Origin: Azolla caroliniana | Lineage: Eukaryota > Plantae > Polypodiophyta | Assembly (NCBI GenBank): GCA_043228905.1 | Contig: JBHGNT010000004.1 | Coordinates: 17,050,001-17,114,000, forward strand | Direction of reading: 5' to 3' | DNA: 64,000 nucleotides | Shown: positions 36,050 to 49,815 of the stretch, one piece after another | Layout: every line of letters begins with the position of its first letter | How positions within the stretch are numbered: position 1 is the first letter of the stretch | Position numbers and translations under genes: made by a program | Notes under the pieces: model-generated | Seen by the model: only the letters and a program-made list of their open reading frames with translations | Database searches by the model: none | What the model was told of the DNA's origin: nothing

Positions 36050-37600
36050 TTATTCCTTCGCCTTGCTCGAGCCAAGCCTTCCAGATTGGTTTTTCATCGT
36101 CGACTTTGTTTCTAGAAGTGTGTGTTTGTCAATTAGTGCTACAACATATTCTACATATTGGACCCTTGCTTCAGTATTCACATCGAATGCAATGTCCTCT
36201 TCTTTGTCCATGCTCTTGTGAACATGTATTTTATAATGTTGTAGAACACACTTTGGAGGGAATGATACATGTCCTCTAGAACATGGAACCAAGTTCAAGA
36301 ATATTGCCCCAACATCTCATCTCACATCAAAGAGAGAGTGTGAGGTAAGTCGATTGAAGGATGGTGTGAATGGTTGACAAAGGGATTGTGGTTTCCCTAT
36401 TTTGAGAAGAAGAAGACGATTTTAATGTGTGGTGCAACATAATGTGTAAAACATGAGCCTCCACATATTACATTAATATTGCAGAAAAACTCATTCACGT
36501 TTCACGCATGTAATATAATGTGTGAAAATGACCCTCTATATTTTCCCCAAGTTGTGATACATTAGCATTGCAAAAAAGTCTCATTCATGGAGAACCTATT
36601 GACACATTTGAAGCAAATGAGTTGCATCCCTTTTTCCAAAACATTTCTTCATATATTCCATCCATCTAAACTCGACAATTTCACTTTTCAACCTTTTTAC
36701 TTCCTTCCAATGTGATCCTCTAAAGTCGATGTGAGGGTTTTGTTTGAACCTTAAGCATGTATCCAATCACCCTTTAATTGTGAGAGGATTCCCAATCACC
36801 TAATTTTATTCTTTCCAAGTAGACTTGAGAAAATGATATTCCATACGTCAACCCCATAAAAACATACCAATGTGTCAAAGTGGTATTTCTTGAGATCCTA
36901 ACATTTAATTTCTCCTACACCACATATGTTCTCCAATGCATAACAAAAGCCACTTTCCAACTTCTAAGCAATGAGTAGCACATTCATTCTATCCATGACT
37001 AGAGAGAACCTCAAGCGCACGATATTTTAAAGCTTTCTATGGTTTCAATTGACTCATATTGTACTTAATGCAATGGTTTATCCTTATTTTGAGTGATAAG
37101 TATTAAGGAGCATAACCTTGTATTTGGTTGTCTTGAGTCTTGACACTTAGCTTACAATGTAAACAATTTTCCAATGCTTCATCTACATATAACAAAAGCA
37201 TGTTATATATATTCTCTATGGTAATTTCTTCAATGCCTTCTTGCTTCACAAACACATTGGTAACTTGTTCCCAAACATCAATGCATAAAAGCAAAAAGAG
37301 TGGATGAGAGCAAAAATCCTTCTTTTAGCACCAATGCTGCTAGTGGGAAAAAAAACACCTCCTCCCATACACTCACTTTCTCATAAATCAAGAAATTACA
37401 AGCACGCCTTCATGTATATTGATTTTTTCCATCTCAAACGGTTCTCATGGGACACTTAACAAAAGCTTTCTTGAAGTCTACAAAGAAACACTACAATGCT
37501 TCACATTTCAAATGACTTTCTTCTATTAGCACTCGAAAAGTGACAAGATGATCGATGGTTTAATGGCGTTTCTAAAAACTAGCTTTCCCTAAAGCCTCAC
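36050..37600 (-). mobile_element. Degenerate RTE-type LINE reverse transcriptase remnant
   Basis: - strand fragments TIDHLVTFRVLIEES...FFVDFKKAF and LLCID...LLLYVDE match non-LTR RT motifs. Many stops are present and the left boundary is approximate. Confidence 0.75.
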
Positions 37601-37985
37601 ATACAAAATCATGATAATGCAATGAAAGCATAATTTTTCCTTACCCAGAGTAAATTGTGGGGCAATGAAAAATTTAAATTTCTGGGTCAGAAATTTTTGG
37701 TTATTGAATGCATAGGAATAGACATTAACAATGGTTGTCACAATGAGCATGTAGGAGAACATCACAATAACACATCAAATATGCAGAAGTTAGAATTGAG
37801 CTGCAAAAAAATTCAATGTGCTTTTCATGATACCATTTCTAGTTTCTTTGAAAACATGCGTGTTACAATGGGCCAATCTTGTGCACATTAATCCTCTCTT
37901 CAATTTCCTATCCCATGTCACGAACTGAATGAGCACAATTGCAATTATTGGTAGGAATCTCTATTTGATTTCACCATTTTCTGCT

Positions 37986-40900
37986 TCATGACTTGGGAGC
38001 TTCTTCTAACGCTTCCTTAAGGAGGGCTAATGTGAGATCTTTTGGAAGACCCATGACACTATCGATGGATCCAACCTAATACACACAAACACCAAAACAC
38101 ATCACCCCAATTCAATCCACAGCCATTTGCCGATGAATTTAAATGCTTAAAACTCAAGGGTGGGTTTTATGACACTATTGTGGCAACTAAGAAAAGAGAG
38201 AGAAACACTTAACATGCAAGTTATTGCATTGCATGCATGGATATATCATTGTATGTGTGGACGGTTGCATATATGCATGGATGGAAAAATGGATGTATGT
38301 ATACCATGGCTGCCACTAGAGGTGTAACCAAAGGATGCTCTATCATCAGACCACCTGCAGCATAGAAGATCGAACCTTCTTTTACCTGGAAAACTAAAGC
38401 ATGAAGGTGAATCTCACATTAACCATATTATTTCTCACAATTGTAGGTGCATATGTACATAAACTAGAATACTGTGTATGTACATAGTAAAAACTATACA
38501 TGTTAATTGGATTAAATTCATTATTCTAACAGTTAATGAAAAAGTTACGAGAGAAAATGTGAAACATATTAGTTTGATGATTCCTTTTAGGCAAGTGAAC
38601 CTATTTTATAAATTTTGATATAAACTTGGAAAGTAATTACCAAACTGTCGATTACTTCATCGGGTATGGGATGAAAATAAATCTGCAGTGGTGGGTTAAA
38701 AGAGTCCTCAATTGTCCAATCCAAAGAGAAAATAATCGATTTTAATTGATTATAAAAAGAATTACTATTTATTGTACATCTATACCTCAGTCTTATCAAT
38801 CCCTCGTACTTTTTTACCAGTGTCTAGATTTGTGACAAGGACTGCCCCAACAGTACTTGCTGGAGCTCTTGAATAGCCTATCAAACATGATAGGGCTCGG
38901 TATCAATCATCTGTTTTGCGCTTCAGATAGCCATAAACATTATATATATACACACATAATCTACAAGCACAAACTGAGGGTATAGTTTAGGAATAGAAAA
39001 ATATTCAGGTAAATACTATCTCACAGTAGACAGAATGAAGAGAAAAAATATGTTTGTTCAAACTTCGTATCCTGTTCGACTATACTAATGCACAGGGTGG
39101 AAGCAAGGCTATGAGATAATCATTGGTAGAGCACAAGTGAATTCAACACACAACCATGGAATCAGGTTGTTTACAAATACCTAAAGGTATGAATGATGCT
39201 TGGGTAGAAATTAGCCACTAAACAGCACATAAGACAATAGACAATCATCTCTTTGAACATCAGAATACTCCCCTTGGATATACACACGAAGATTTTTATA
39301 AACTTTTTATTGTGAAGAATATAATGATACCAAAAAAATGAAAAAACTGAGAGAATCCATCGTCCTTCCCTCAGTGGCTCTTTGTATGCAAAGCTCTGAA
39401 CAATGTTGCTTTGCAGTTCAACGAAGCCAAAATGGCAATACAGGTAACAATACAAAACAAATGGCAGAAACATTCTAAAATTACCTACCCTCTATGAAAA
39501 TCCGTGCCTCTGTTTCATTGATGGGTTTCTCTCTTATAACACCTTCATGCACCACAACCTTCATGCATGTTAATACCAAATTTGAGATAGTTAGGGATGC
39601 ATGGAATGAATTTGCTAAATATAAAGTTTTGATAAAGGAACTCTTAGAAACCTGATCTGACGTAATCAAAAGAGTTGGCCTCTTGTCAGACCTGTTGGTA
39701 TCTAGCATTGCTATTTTTGCCAGAATTGCTTCTGCCTGCAAGATTTCAGTGTCATCAGAATTAAGAACAGATTGCCTTTTTCAGACAGATCATGGATTCA
39801 CACTCTCAAAGCCTCTTCAACATGCTTTGCACGTCTCACGTTTAATTGCACATCAGCCAAAAAGTAGAGAAAGATCATGCATTTGACAAAAGAAGTGATG
39901 TGAGAAATTTTTCAAAAGGACATGCACCGATGCATCAAGTTTCAACAGTGCAGAAATAAATAAATACTTACGTTGAATTTATTGATATTGAAGACCCAAA
40001 TGAGACAAAATAAACAATGTAATCTTCCAAATGACAGCTAAATGACCATTCTTAAAAAGATTTGTCACAGAACAGTGTGTACTACCACGCAATATCACTA
40101 AGAGCAAAGAGGAAGAAAATGATGAATGCTCCTAAGATGCGAGGAAATTTGCCTTCTTTTTCTATAGTGCTTTATCCACTTACTTTTTCTCAACATAGCT
40201 AAACATCCAAATTTTGGACGAACTGAAACATTTCCCCCTTAAAATCTCAGCCAAGAGTCCACGATATGTGGTCTTTCTCTTTCTCTCTTCCTCTCCTTTC
40301 ATATTGAATATTGTAATAGACAATCCAAAATAGTTGCATGGTTCCATGAACACGGCAGGATTCTCCATGAACCATCATGGAAACAAGAAACAAGCAAACA
40401 TCACAACAGGCAATAATGTGCCTTATGTGATAAATCACAAGATTCTACACCACCCCCTTCTCTGGTGACAGATATCTAAAATTCTTATGTTACAAACTGC
40501 CAACAAAGAAGCCCTTTCAAACAGCTAATAAGCACAACAATACCACGTTTGTTTGTCCATATAAGCAGAATCCATTTTGCATCCACCAATTATGCCACAA
40601 ACCCAACGTATCGAGGGAAATAAAAAACAAAATTATACAATTGAGATTGTACTGCATTCCTCCTTTCTGCAAACACTTAATAAAATGGTGACAAAGAACT
40701 GTTGTTAGGGATACTCAAATAGCTGATAAGCATGTCCATATGCCAATACTATTTTCCAAGGATATTCGCCCACAATAACTCGTCAGATGAACATCCCACT
40801 TTAAGGGAAAAAGAGTGCCACTCACTACCTGGGACAGCTCAACATCAGGTCTCCATCTTCTCATTTTTTTCCTTCTTCAGGCCATGAGAAGTATCATGTA

Positions 40901-43295
40901 TACCATGGATCGGCAAAATCTAATAACAATTGGAGCTTAACGTATATTTTTCATCACTTTTGATGTATTGCAATCCAGTTCGGAATCCAAGAAGAAGCAA
41001 ATGGCTTCCTCACAGTTGTCCACGTGCAACTGCCTCTCCTTGTACAGGATAAATTCAAGGAATTTCTATCGATTGCATTGCCTTCAGGAGGTTTGCGCCA
41101 TGACCAATGCATGTGATTGACCATCAACACTCCGAGTTTCACTTGAACCAAGGTAACTGCATAAAAATAATATGGGTGAAAGATTTCACAGCAATGTATC
41201 CATGCTCTTGAACTTCTCTTTGAGACACATGTAGAGTGTGGCAGGAATTTACTTCTCATGCGATAAGAGCTCACGAGATAATACAATATTTGCCGAATGG
41301 ATAAGACAACTAATAGAACATTGAATGGCGCATTGTTCATTCTCGAGCCTTTAAAAAACAGAGATTTTTATTTGACCATTCCACCATTCCATCTAGCCTC
41401 ACAAGGGAGACAGTAAATTCAAACACCATAAACTATTGAACCAAGTGGGTGGAGGCAAAGGCACCACCAGACAACAATATCCTATTGGTAACGAAAATAA
41501 AAATATATGACCACACCACAAGGTAAAATAGTCCAAAAGCTTGTCAATAATAAACCCTATCATGTCTAAATACCCCCCAAGACTCTTGCACATCATTCAG
41601 ATGGAATGCAAGAAGCTGGTAAATCTGAGGTAGATGTCCAACACACCAGCACAAGCAGAGGCAAATTTCTCTACCACAGTTGTTAAGGATATTGTAGAAG
41701 TTGCCTAACAAGTCACCAAGACATGTTCACACCAATAGAAATTCCCATGAGTACAGTTTTTCTATTGGAATGTGCACAGATATCATGCATACCGTTACTC
41801 ACCTTTCAATGATTTGCAGCAACATAAGCATTGGCCATGCAGTTTTTCTTGTTCTCTGCATATCGCAATCCTAAATGACGCCACGCTTTCTCTCCACAAA
41901 TCTTAGCTTCTCCACCTTAGCTAAGCCAGACACCCTAGTCACATGTTTCACTTCTCAAATCTTCCTCGATTAAAGACCCTTAATCTTTCCTCTCATAACA
42001 GAGCTATTACATGCATGCATTCAAGAGAAAGCTCCACATATTCTGAGTGAGAGACCATGATGTTAAGTATATGTGGAGGTGCAAGAACTATAAGTTGCCC
42101 TATGCTATTTCCCCTCGAAGGGTCAAGATATACAAAGAAAGGAGGACAAATGGAGGAAACCAATTCAAGTAATAACAATGATATAGATAAGGTTATCCAA
42201 CACGCGCACATTTGTGCCAGGATTAATGGCATAGACCTATTAAGTACCCTTATGCATGCTTTCACTTTATACTAATAACATCATTTCCGTTTTTGAAAAT
42301 ATGGTGCAGGCATGGTAGAGGTAGTTTAGACATACGTTTTATCTAAGGGTTAACTCTCTGTTCACAATAAAGATGGCAAAGGTCCAACTTGTCCTATACA
42401 AGAGTGTTTCTCATTCCTTCAGCATGGCATCACCTAACACAAAGGGGGCTATGAGATAAGATCTAAAGCACAACTTCTTAAATTCTTTTTCTAAACCAAT
42501 CAAAATACATACTTGCTGAGATCAATGAACTGGTTTTTACACATATACATTTCACAAGATCTAGCTTCATACAGAGAAAAGTTTTAATTTTAGGGCAAAG
42601 AGTATTGAATGCTGAGTTTTCATATATTTTGCCGGTAAAATTACACAATGTCTCTAATTCCCACAAGACCTGGTCTGCTTCTTAACATGCAGACATGCAC
42701 ACACACATATATATAGCACAAAACCTATTGAAATAAAACAAGAAACATATACACATATACATATAAAGCAGAAAACCTATTGAAATAAAATAAAAAAACA
42801 TAGACATGCTATGTATATTCCAAAACCTATTGAGATCAAATAAAGAAACCTACTTTGGCTTCAGCAAGAGTCATAACAAGGTCCTCTGCGGTCTCCTTGC
42901 GAATGGCCTTCTCATCGATATCTGCGGTCTGTATATCAGTTACGTATAACTTATTCAGCCAGTTCCAAACTATTGATGGCCCAACATAAAATTTGATACT
43001 GAGAATCAACACAATGCTACATACCATGTCATCTACACAATTTTGTATACCATAACACAATTTCACATACCATCACTGTGAAGGAGATGCCCATTTCCTT
43101 GAGGATTTCTTGTCTTGTAGCCGAAGAAGAACCCAAAATAATCTATAAATTCGAGGGGAAAACGCTTTAGAGCTTCAAAACCAACCTAACTGAATTTTGA
43201 CTTCATTATTGCAAAATGACCATAGACAGTATACATATGGATATGTAAAAACAATTAAATACCTGACACAAATGGAAGTGTTTCTGATCTACCAT
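37986..43295 (-). CDS. Maf-family nucleoside triphosphate pyrophosphatase (YceF/7-methyl-GTP pyrophosphatase-like); 9 coding exons, 212 aa
   Basis: Exons 43263-43295, 43071-43142, 42854-42928, 39652-39735, 39489-39558, 38786-38877, 38641-38682, 38305-38385, 37986-38075 (639 nt, phases consistent). Motifs: IILGSSSATRQEIL, ADIDEKAIR, LAEAKAEAI, LLITSDQVV...IREKP, AAGGLMIE, SVMGLP. The first coding exon is the least certain, and a possible non-coding exon lies at ~43629-43700. Confidence 0.92.
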
Positions 43296-45052
43296 CTTTG
43301 GTTGGTTTCTGGATTTGGAAAGGAAATCACCAAAAACAGAGAAAGAGTGGGGGGAAAGCAAAAAATCTTAGTAATGGCTGGGTTTTTTTTTGTTTTTACT
43401 GTAAACAGAAAGCAATTAAAAGAACTGGACAAAATGTCGATATTTCGCTAGATAGCGTCATCAAGAGCGAAGAATGAGAAATTTCAATTGTGTGTTTGTT
43501 TGTTGCATGCATAGATTGAAGCAGTGGAGGATCATCCATTGAAGGATGGACAATGAAAAAACACCAAAAACCCATGTGAAACGATACATTGTGATTGAAC
43601 AAAAAGGTTGTGAAGGATTTTTACTCACACTGGGATATCTATCATCATCCACCCAAGCTTTACCGCCAGGCAGAAGCAGCAGATAGATATAGATTTAGCG
43701 GGGGTGTGGGTAATAAAACCTTACAACAGTTTGTGCAAACAAATATAAATTTCATTTGGCCTAAGGCCACACATTTCAGGAGTTCCGAGCCTCGCCTCGA
43801 TTATCGGCTGCCGATAAAAAAGAACAAGCCCGGTTGATGCCTTTGTCATGGACAGTAGTGAACTTGTATATCCGAACACAATACATGGCACACTTTGGTC
43901 AATAAATCCTTATAGTCCAAAGTAATGTGCATGTGTAAAAGCCAAGTCTCTTTAGGAGAATTCCTTCGCCACAGAAAAGTGGATTTGTAAAATCCATATT
44001 AGTGTTATTTACATACTAGATGGACACACAATGAACTACTTCAAAAGAAAAAGACACAAGGTTGAGAAATTCTTCATAAAAAATGTAACAAACATGGATA
44101 AAATGTCCTAGATAGGGCTAATAACTCACAACACTCCACCTCACGTTGTTAGATATCTTGTGTGTGGACAAGCAATATAGAAGCTCGTGGTTTAAGTCTT
44201 GATATGCAAGTTAGGAACAATACCATATGAGATGTTTAGGTGAAAGTTGAGAACCCCATTAGGAATGTATCTAGAAGCTCAACATGGTTGGAATGAAAAT
44301 AAAAAAGGGAAATATAAGTGTGAGCTTGTGAGGAAGTTTGTCCGGATTACTTAACATTGTCATAGCTACTCTTACCTAGTTAACAAATAACCTTAGTATA
44401 CAATGTCAAATAAAGTCCACTTTGTTGTTGGTGAGACAAGAAGAAATGGTGTGAGTCCACTCTTAAAACTCACAACAAGCACTAAGGGATGAACTAATAA
44501 ACTTGTACACACGTTGTCTTAGCTAGTATTAACTAATTAATGTAGAACCCGAGTCTATGAAGCTAGGATAAAGTCGTCAGAAATGAGTTCGAAATTTAAC
44601 TTTGCTTAATCACTTAATATGGAAGATTAAGGAAAGAGACGAGAAAGCATGAGAACATGCGCAAATATGGTATTAAAGAGAACTCAATAAGTTACACAAC
44701 CAACCCAAATACTTAAGATGGAAGCTTAAGCTTTAAGGTCGAATGCAGTAATTAGTTTAGATAAGTGACTATAACTGAATTAAGAGTCAGGTATTAGGGA
44801 AGGCATAAGCTCTACCTTAAGTTTTAGGAAAGAATTTGAAGAAGATATTAAATGGACGCATACACATGTATTTTATATATAGCCTTTACAAATGGCCCAG
44901 AGTAAAATGATCAAATGTGTGTGTGTGTGCATATCATATCACCCACCAAATTAGACTGTGGGAAAGAAATTTGTGTGTTCACAAAATATCGAAAGGACTC
45001 TGTTCCGCATCAAAGAGAAAGCAGAGTAGATTAGAGCAGAGAAAGCGAGACG

Positions 45053-45520
45053 ATGGGCTGTGCCTCCCATTTCGTGGGTAGGCGTAGTATAATGTTTCCC
45101 TTGCAACAACGTACCATAAGTACAGGCATGAGAAACAGAGCAGTACATCCCCACCGCCAATTATCTCAATATCACTCTAATAGCTTTTCTGTTAACCCTT
45201 CCAAGCTGAATTATCGCCAGTTGCTCTTAGAACCCCTCACGTTTAAACTACCAGTGCTCTCCAAGAGTAACGATTCCTCACATCAGCTTATTCCCCCCTC
45301 TTCCTCCTACTCTTCTTCCACATCTTCGGTTTCGGAGAGCTGGGTTGCTTCGGAAAGCGATACTTCCGTGAGGGATGTTCGGCCAGGATCAAGGAGATGC
45401 ACGGCCTCCACAAGGACTCAACTAACTGTAGCTGTCGACATTGATGAAGGTTAGTTTAAAATTTTCTATTTATTACATGTTTTCTTTGTCTCAAAAGATG
45501 TGGAAAAGAGTTTTTATTTG

Positions 45521-45613
<93 letters not shown>

Positions 45614-48145
45614 GCATATGCATATGCCCATGTATATATGCATGTAAATGCTAATGCTAATGTATTTATCGGGAGGACATGCACGTTTAATGAACTGAAC
45701 CGAGTACCCATGTAGAAATTTAACGGGAAATAATTATGTATCCATCTGCTTAACTCATTAATTTTGTAAAAAACTAGTTGAAAAACCTTTAGAAATTTTC
45801 ATGATAGATTTTGTCATGCCTGAAGTAAACGGGAAATTAGGCAGAACTATAATGATCAGACTTTCTTTCCCAGAGGAATAAAGACATAGGTATCTTAGAG
45901 TCAGTATTGATGCACGCTATAAGTGTTGAGGCTCTTGCAATCAATGCCAAGATAAATATCCATTCAAAAATAAAATTCACCTCGTGTCTCAGTAGGCATA
46001 TAAACAAGATAGAGAAGGGCCTTTTCAATTTCTCTAAAAGGAAGGAAAGCAGAAATAGATGGGAGTCTCAACCAATCATCATGGTTTAGGCATAAGCCCA
46101 AAAAAAAAACCCTTCATCTATATGTGTGTACATTTGCATATGTCCTTGTCTTCGAATGTTATTAGTCTTAAGGCAAATAAGGGGACTCATCTGCATCTGC
46201 ATCATTTTTTAAGGCAACTTACATTACATGAGATGCTTAACATGTCTCAAAACGTATTGAGGAGCATTATAGGTGTATGCATATATAAATTTTAATCTTT
46301 GTATTGTATGCATGTATGTACACAATTTCTAGTCTTAAGACAGACATAGTGACCTGCTGCTCATTTTGCGCAGATCATGTTTTTTTGTGTTTCCATCTCA
46401 CATTGAGGTTTTTCATCACTAACAAACACATTACTTAAAAAATAATGGAATATGGTCAACATTATTGTTCTACATCCAATGATTAGATGTGCTCTTATTC
46501 GAGTGTATAATCTGTTTCTTTTTGTGCTATGTTTTCCAGTACTTGGAAGCTTCCTTATGGCCTTAAATGCCTTCATAGCAGAGGAGTATTTTTGCCAGCA
46601 TCATATTTCAGAGTTTCATGTTTACGATTTTACGAAGGTAAGAGCATTACCAATCATGTTTTAATGATTACTCAAGATGTTACATCATTATATATAAATC
46701 AGGTGATCTGATATTACATTATGGGTGGTTATAGGTGTGGCAATGCTCTCGGACAGAAGGTATGTGTAATATCTATCTATATATGCATAACCTTGAACTA
46801 TTTGTGAAAACATGGAACTATTCTACATCATTGCTTGTGGAATTGCTTCACGACCGGAACTAACTTACAACAAGAAATACTACCATATTCATTTATTACT
46901 CTAGAAAAGTTTTCAGAAGGGGTTTTCTCTTCTCTTGCGTCCATGTTATGTAAGCTCATTTTAACAGCTCTAAATTTTTATTTTTTACTTTAAAATTTGG
47001 AACCAGCTGATCTTCGAGTTCATTCATTCTTCAAATCAGAACATTTTGACAAAGGAATTCTTCCAATTCCAGGAGCACATCAGTCTTTAAGACAGATTGC
47101 ATCATATAGTGAGCTGTTTGTTGTTACGTAAGTTGCATTTCTCTTTTATGAAAAAAATATAGATAAAAACATGCATCACGTGAAGACCGTGATGGATTTA
47201 TGTTCTCACCCATATATCTTGAAAAACTCAGTTCTCGGCAGAATATTATAAAAGAAGAAACGCTTGCATGGATCGACCAGCATTACTCTGGAATTTTTAG
47301 GGATGTACATTTTGGCAACCATTATGCTCTTGAGGGGGAATCTCGTCGAAAATCTGAGATTTGCAGGTAGTAAGCCTATATCTAGAATACCTTTCTTTTA
47401 TATCATACTACTAATACTTTTGTAAAGATTGATAATAAACACATTCGAAAGTGATTACACAATCATTTTTAATCACAGTTATCTCTTAACCTACACAATT
47501 CTAGAATGGGTAGTTTTTACTTAAAGATTCTTAAGCAAAATGCAAGGAGTTGTGGAGACTCTCGATTTTACTTACAAAAACTCTTGGTAAAACTGGTATG
47601 GTACGACTTAAAACTGATGCATCGTGGCAAAATGTTTAGAACAACTTCTAATAAAGCTTACCATCTTCATTCATGATCGCCTTTCATAGTCTCTCTCTCT
47701 CTCAATGTAGGCACGTCATTGACACTTCAAATCTGTGCGACACTTTTTTTTGTGCCCTTGATGAGAAATGTGGACGGATTTTTTTGTAAACTTTAAAATT
47801 TTCTTCATAGGGGTGTCAGGGCACAGAATCTGTTGCCTGATGATAACCCCAATTATGCAGCTGACCTTGCCAAAAATGGCATAGAGGTCTTATTGCTTGA
47901 TCTTACTTAATTGTTTTCTTCATAGGGGTGTCGGCGCACAGATATTGATCGATGATAACCCCAGTTATGCTGTTGATTGTGCCGAAAATGGCATAGAGGT
48001 CTTATTGTTTGATCTTAATAATAGTTATCCATGGAGCAAAACGCGAGATGGTCCAGAACATCCATTGATCACCAGAGTTCATAGTTGGCAAGAAGTGGAA
48101 GAGGAGCTCAAGGGTCGGTTAAGAAGAAGCAACATGCAAAACTAA
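45053..48145 (+). CDS. HAD-superfamily 5'(3')-deoxyribonucleotidase (NT5C-like) with putative organellar transit peptide; 6 exons, 331 aa
   Basis: Exons 45053-45449, 46540-46637, 46735-46759, 47007-47127, 47232-47366, 47926-48145 (996 nt). HAD motifs: I VAVDIDEVL, II VVTSR, III RKSEIC, IV LIDDNP, plus a C-terminal RVHSWQEVE. The N-terminus is Arg/Ser-rich and acid-poor. Confidence 0.92.
45521..45612 (+). repeat. (TATACA)n microsatellite in intron 1 of the nucleotidase gene
   Basis: About 15 direct units are visible. Confidence 0.97.
47801..47910 (+). other. Duplicated 3' splice site and start of the last exon (candidate alternative terminal exon)
   Basis: TTCTTCATAG|GGGTGTC occurs at 47801-47817 and again at 47916-47932. 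The upstream copy reads in frame GVRAQNLLPDDNPNYAADLAKNGIEVLLLDLT* (TAA at 47908-47910). Confidence 0.75.
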
Positions 48146-49815
48146 TTACAAGGGGAGGCCAATGCTCGTACATTCTTCTCCCTTACAATTCAAAAATTGT
48201 AATACAACCAAAAGATAATACACCATTTATATATTCTTCTCACACGTCTCATTTATGATTAACTTGTTTTTCTTTTTCAAATTTGAAAGCTAACTTATGC
48301 TACAGTGCTGGGAAAGTGTGTTGAACGTAAGCCGAACATGTTATAGTGTAGTGTAAATAAACCTAACAAATTTACGTGCATCTTTTTTTAAAGTTGATAT
48401 GAGTTCCTATCATTCGTGTAACTTGTATTATGTGTTAAGCCTATTATGAATATTCACAATTACATTGTTAGCGTTTTATTAAGAGTGGAATCAGTCTAAT
48501 ATCTAGATGAGCCTGCTTGAACCCTAATAAGAGACTAACTAATAAGTACCTAATGTATGCGATTACAGTTTTTGGGATTGATTAATAAGGTGCGAAGAGT
48601 GCCAAATAGCTATGCATGGGCCTGTTGATCCATCATTATATTTTATGAAGTTAATGCTCCCAAGTGTTGGAAGTTTAGTGTCACAGACATCCATGTAAAA
48701 GTTTAGTATGTTTTTGCTGTGGAACGTATTTAATGCTTCAAATAAACATGTTACACTACATAGTGACCAATGGTAGCTATCTCAATGTCGAATCATGTAC
48801 TGTGACATTGAACTAATTTTAACGGTGTGTAGAATGCAATGCAGCAGCATTTCAATGTCAATTATTTGACCATGGTCCATGACAAATTGAATGAATTTCT
48901 ACAAGATGTGTGGACACCACTAGGGAAACCATGGTATTGGTCATTTTGTTGTTACTACTTCACCTTGTTTGTGTGTGGACATATATACAGAACAAACAAT
49001 GTCACTATGAATTCACTATGAAATAGCGAGCAACATGCATCATAAGATACTTTTGCAAATCTCATGTAAAATTAATTTCACTAGCGTAGAAGTGGTGACA
49101 TTAACATGTATGTTACATAAACCTTTCCATGTAGTGTGGGTAATTCTTGTGAACATCTCGGGATTCATGAGGCTTTGGGAAGTTTAGAAAATCCATGGAA
49201 CTTGATAGTAACAACGACAAGGACCTAGATGGAGACCCTCTTTGACCATAATCCATTGGAAGGATACATATATTCTACAAAAAATGTAAACATAAAATGT
49301 CATGGGCCTCAGCCCATTATGGTGGAACTAAGTTTTCTTGACGAACGAATTGTTATCTCGCTCGCCCATGGCGATTCGGTAGAGACTGAAGCAACTACAA
49401 AATAACAAAAGTTAAGACCAACGACATTGTTAATCATGTGAAGAAGAGAAGACACCGCTGCTGTAAGCGTAGTGAATGAAAAAGTGTGTTAATAATAGTT
49501 CGCCCACTATGAACGTTTTGAAACACACACACACACACACAAATGAATGAAGGAAGAAAGGAAGGAAGGGAGGGGGAATCCACTCTCCCTCTCTCTTGGT
49601 GTGTGTGGACGGACTACTATACTATTCCTAGACTACTTCTACACATGTGGCCCCTTCAAATGCTTAAGGAAGAACACTCCACCACCACCACCACCATTAC
49701 CATTACCAAGCTAAGCAATGGATAAAAAGGATTAATTTTGAATGAATCGCCCAGAAGAAGGAAGTGGAAAAAGAAAGAGAGAGAGAAGCGGGCAGGCAAA
49801 ATGCGACATCCAGGC

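Noticed and set aside
45441-45715. ORFs with (HI)n, (YT)n and (VY)n
   Set aside because: These are translations of the (TATACA)n intronic microsatellite.
43830-49030. Weak inverted similarity between ~43960-44120 and ~48600-48730 flanking the nucleotidase gene (possible Pack-type element ends)
   Set aside because: The similarity is too patchy to confirm by eye and no TIR/TSD was found. They are more likely two old copies of a dispersed repeat.
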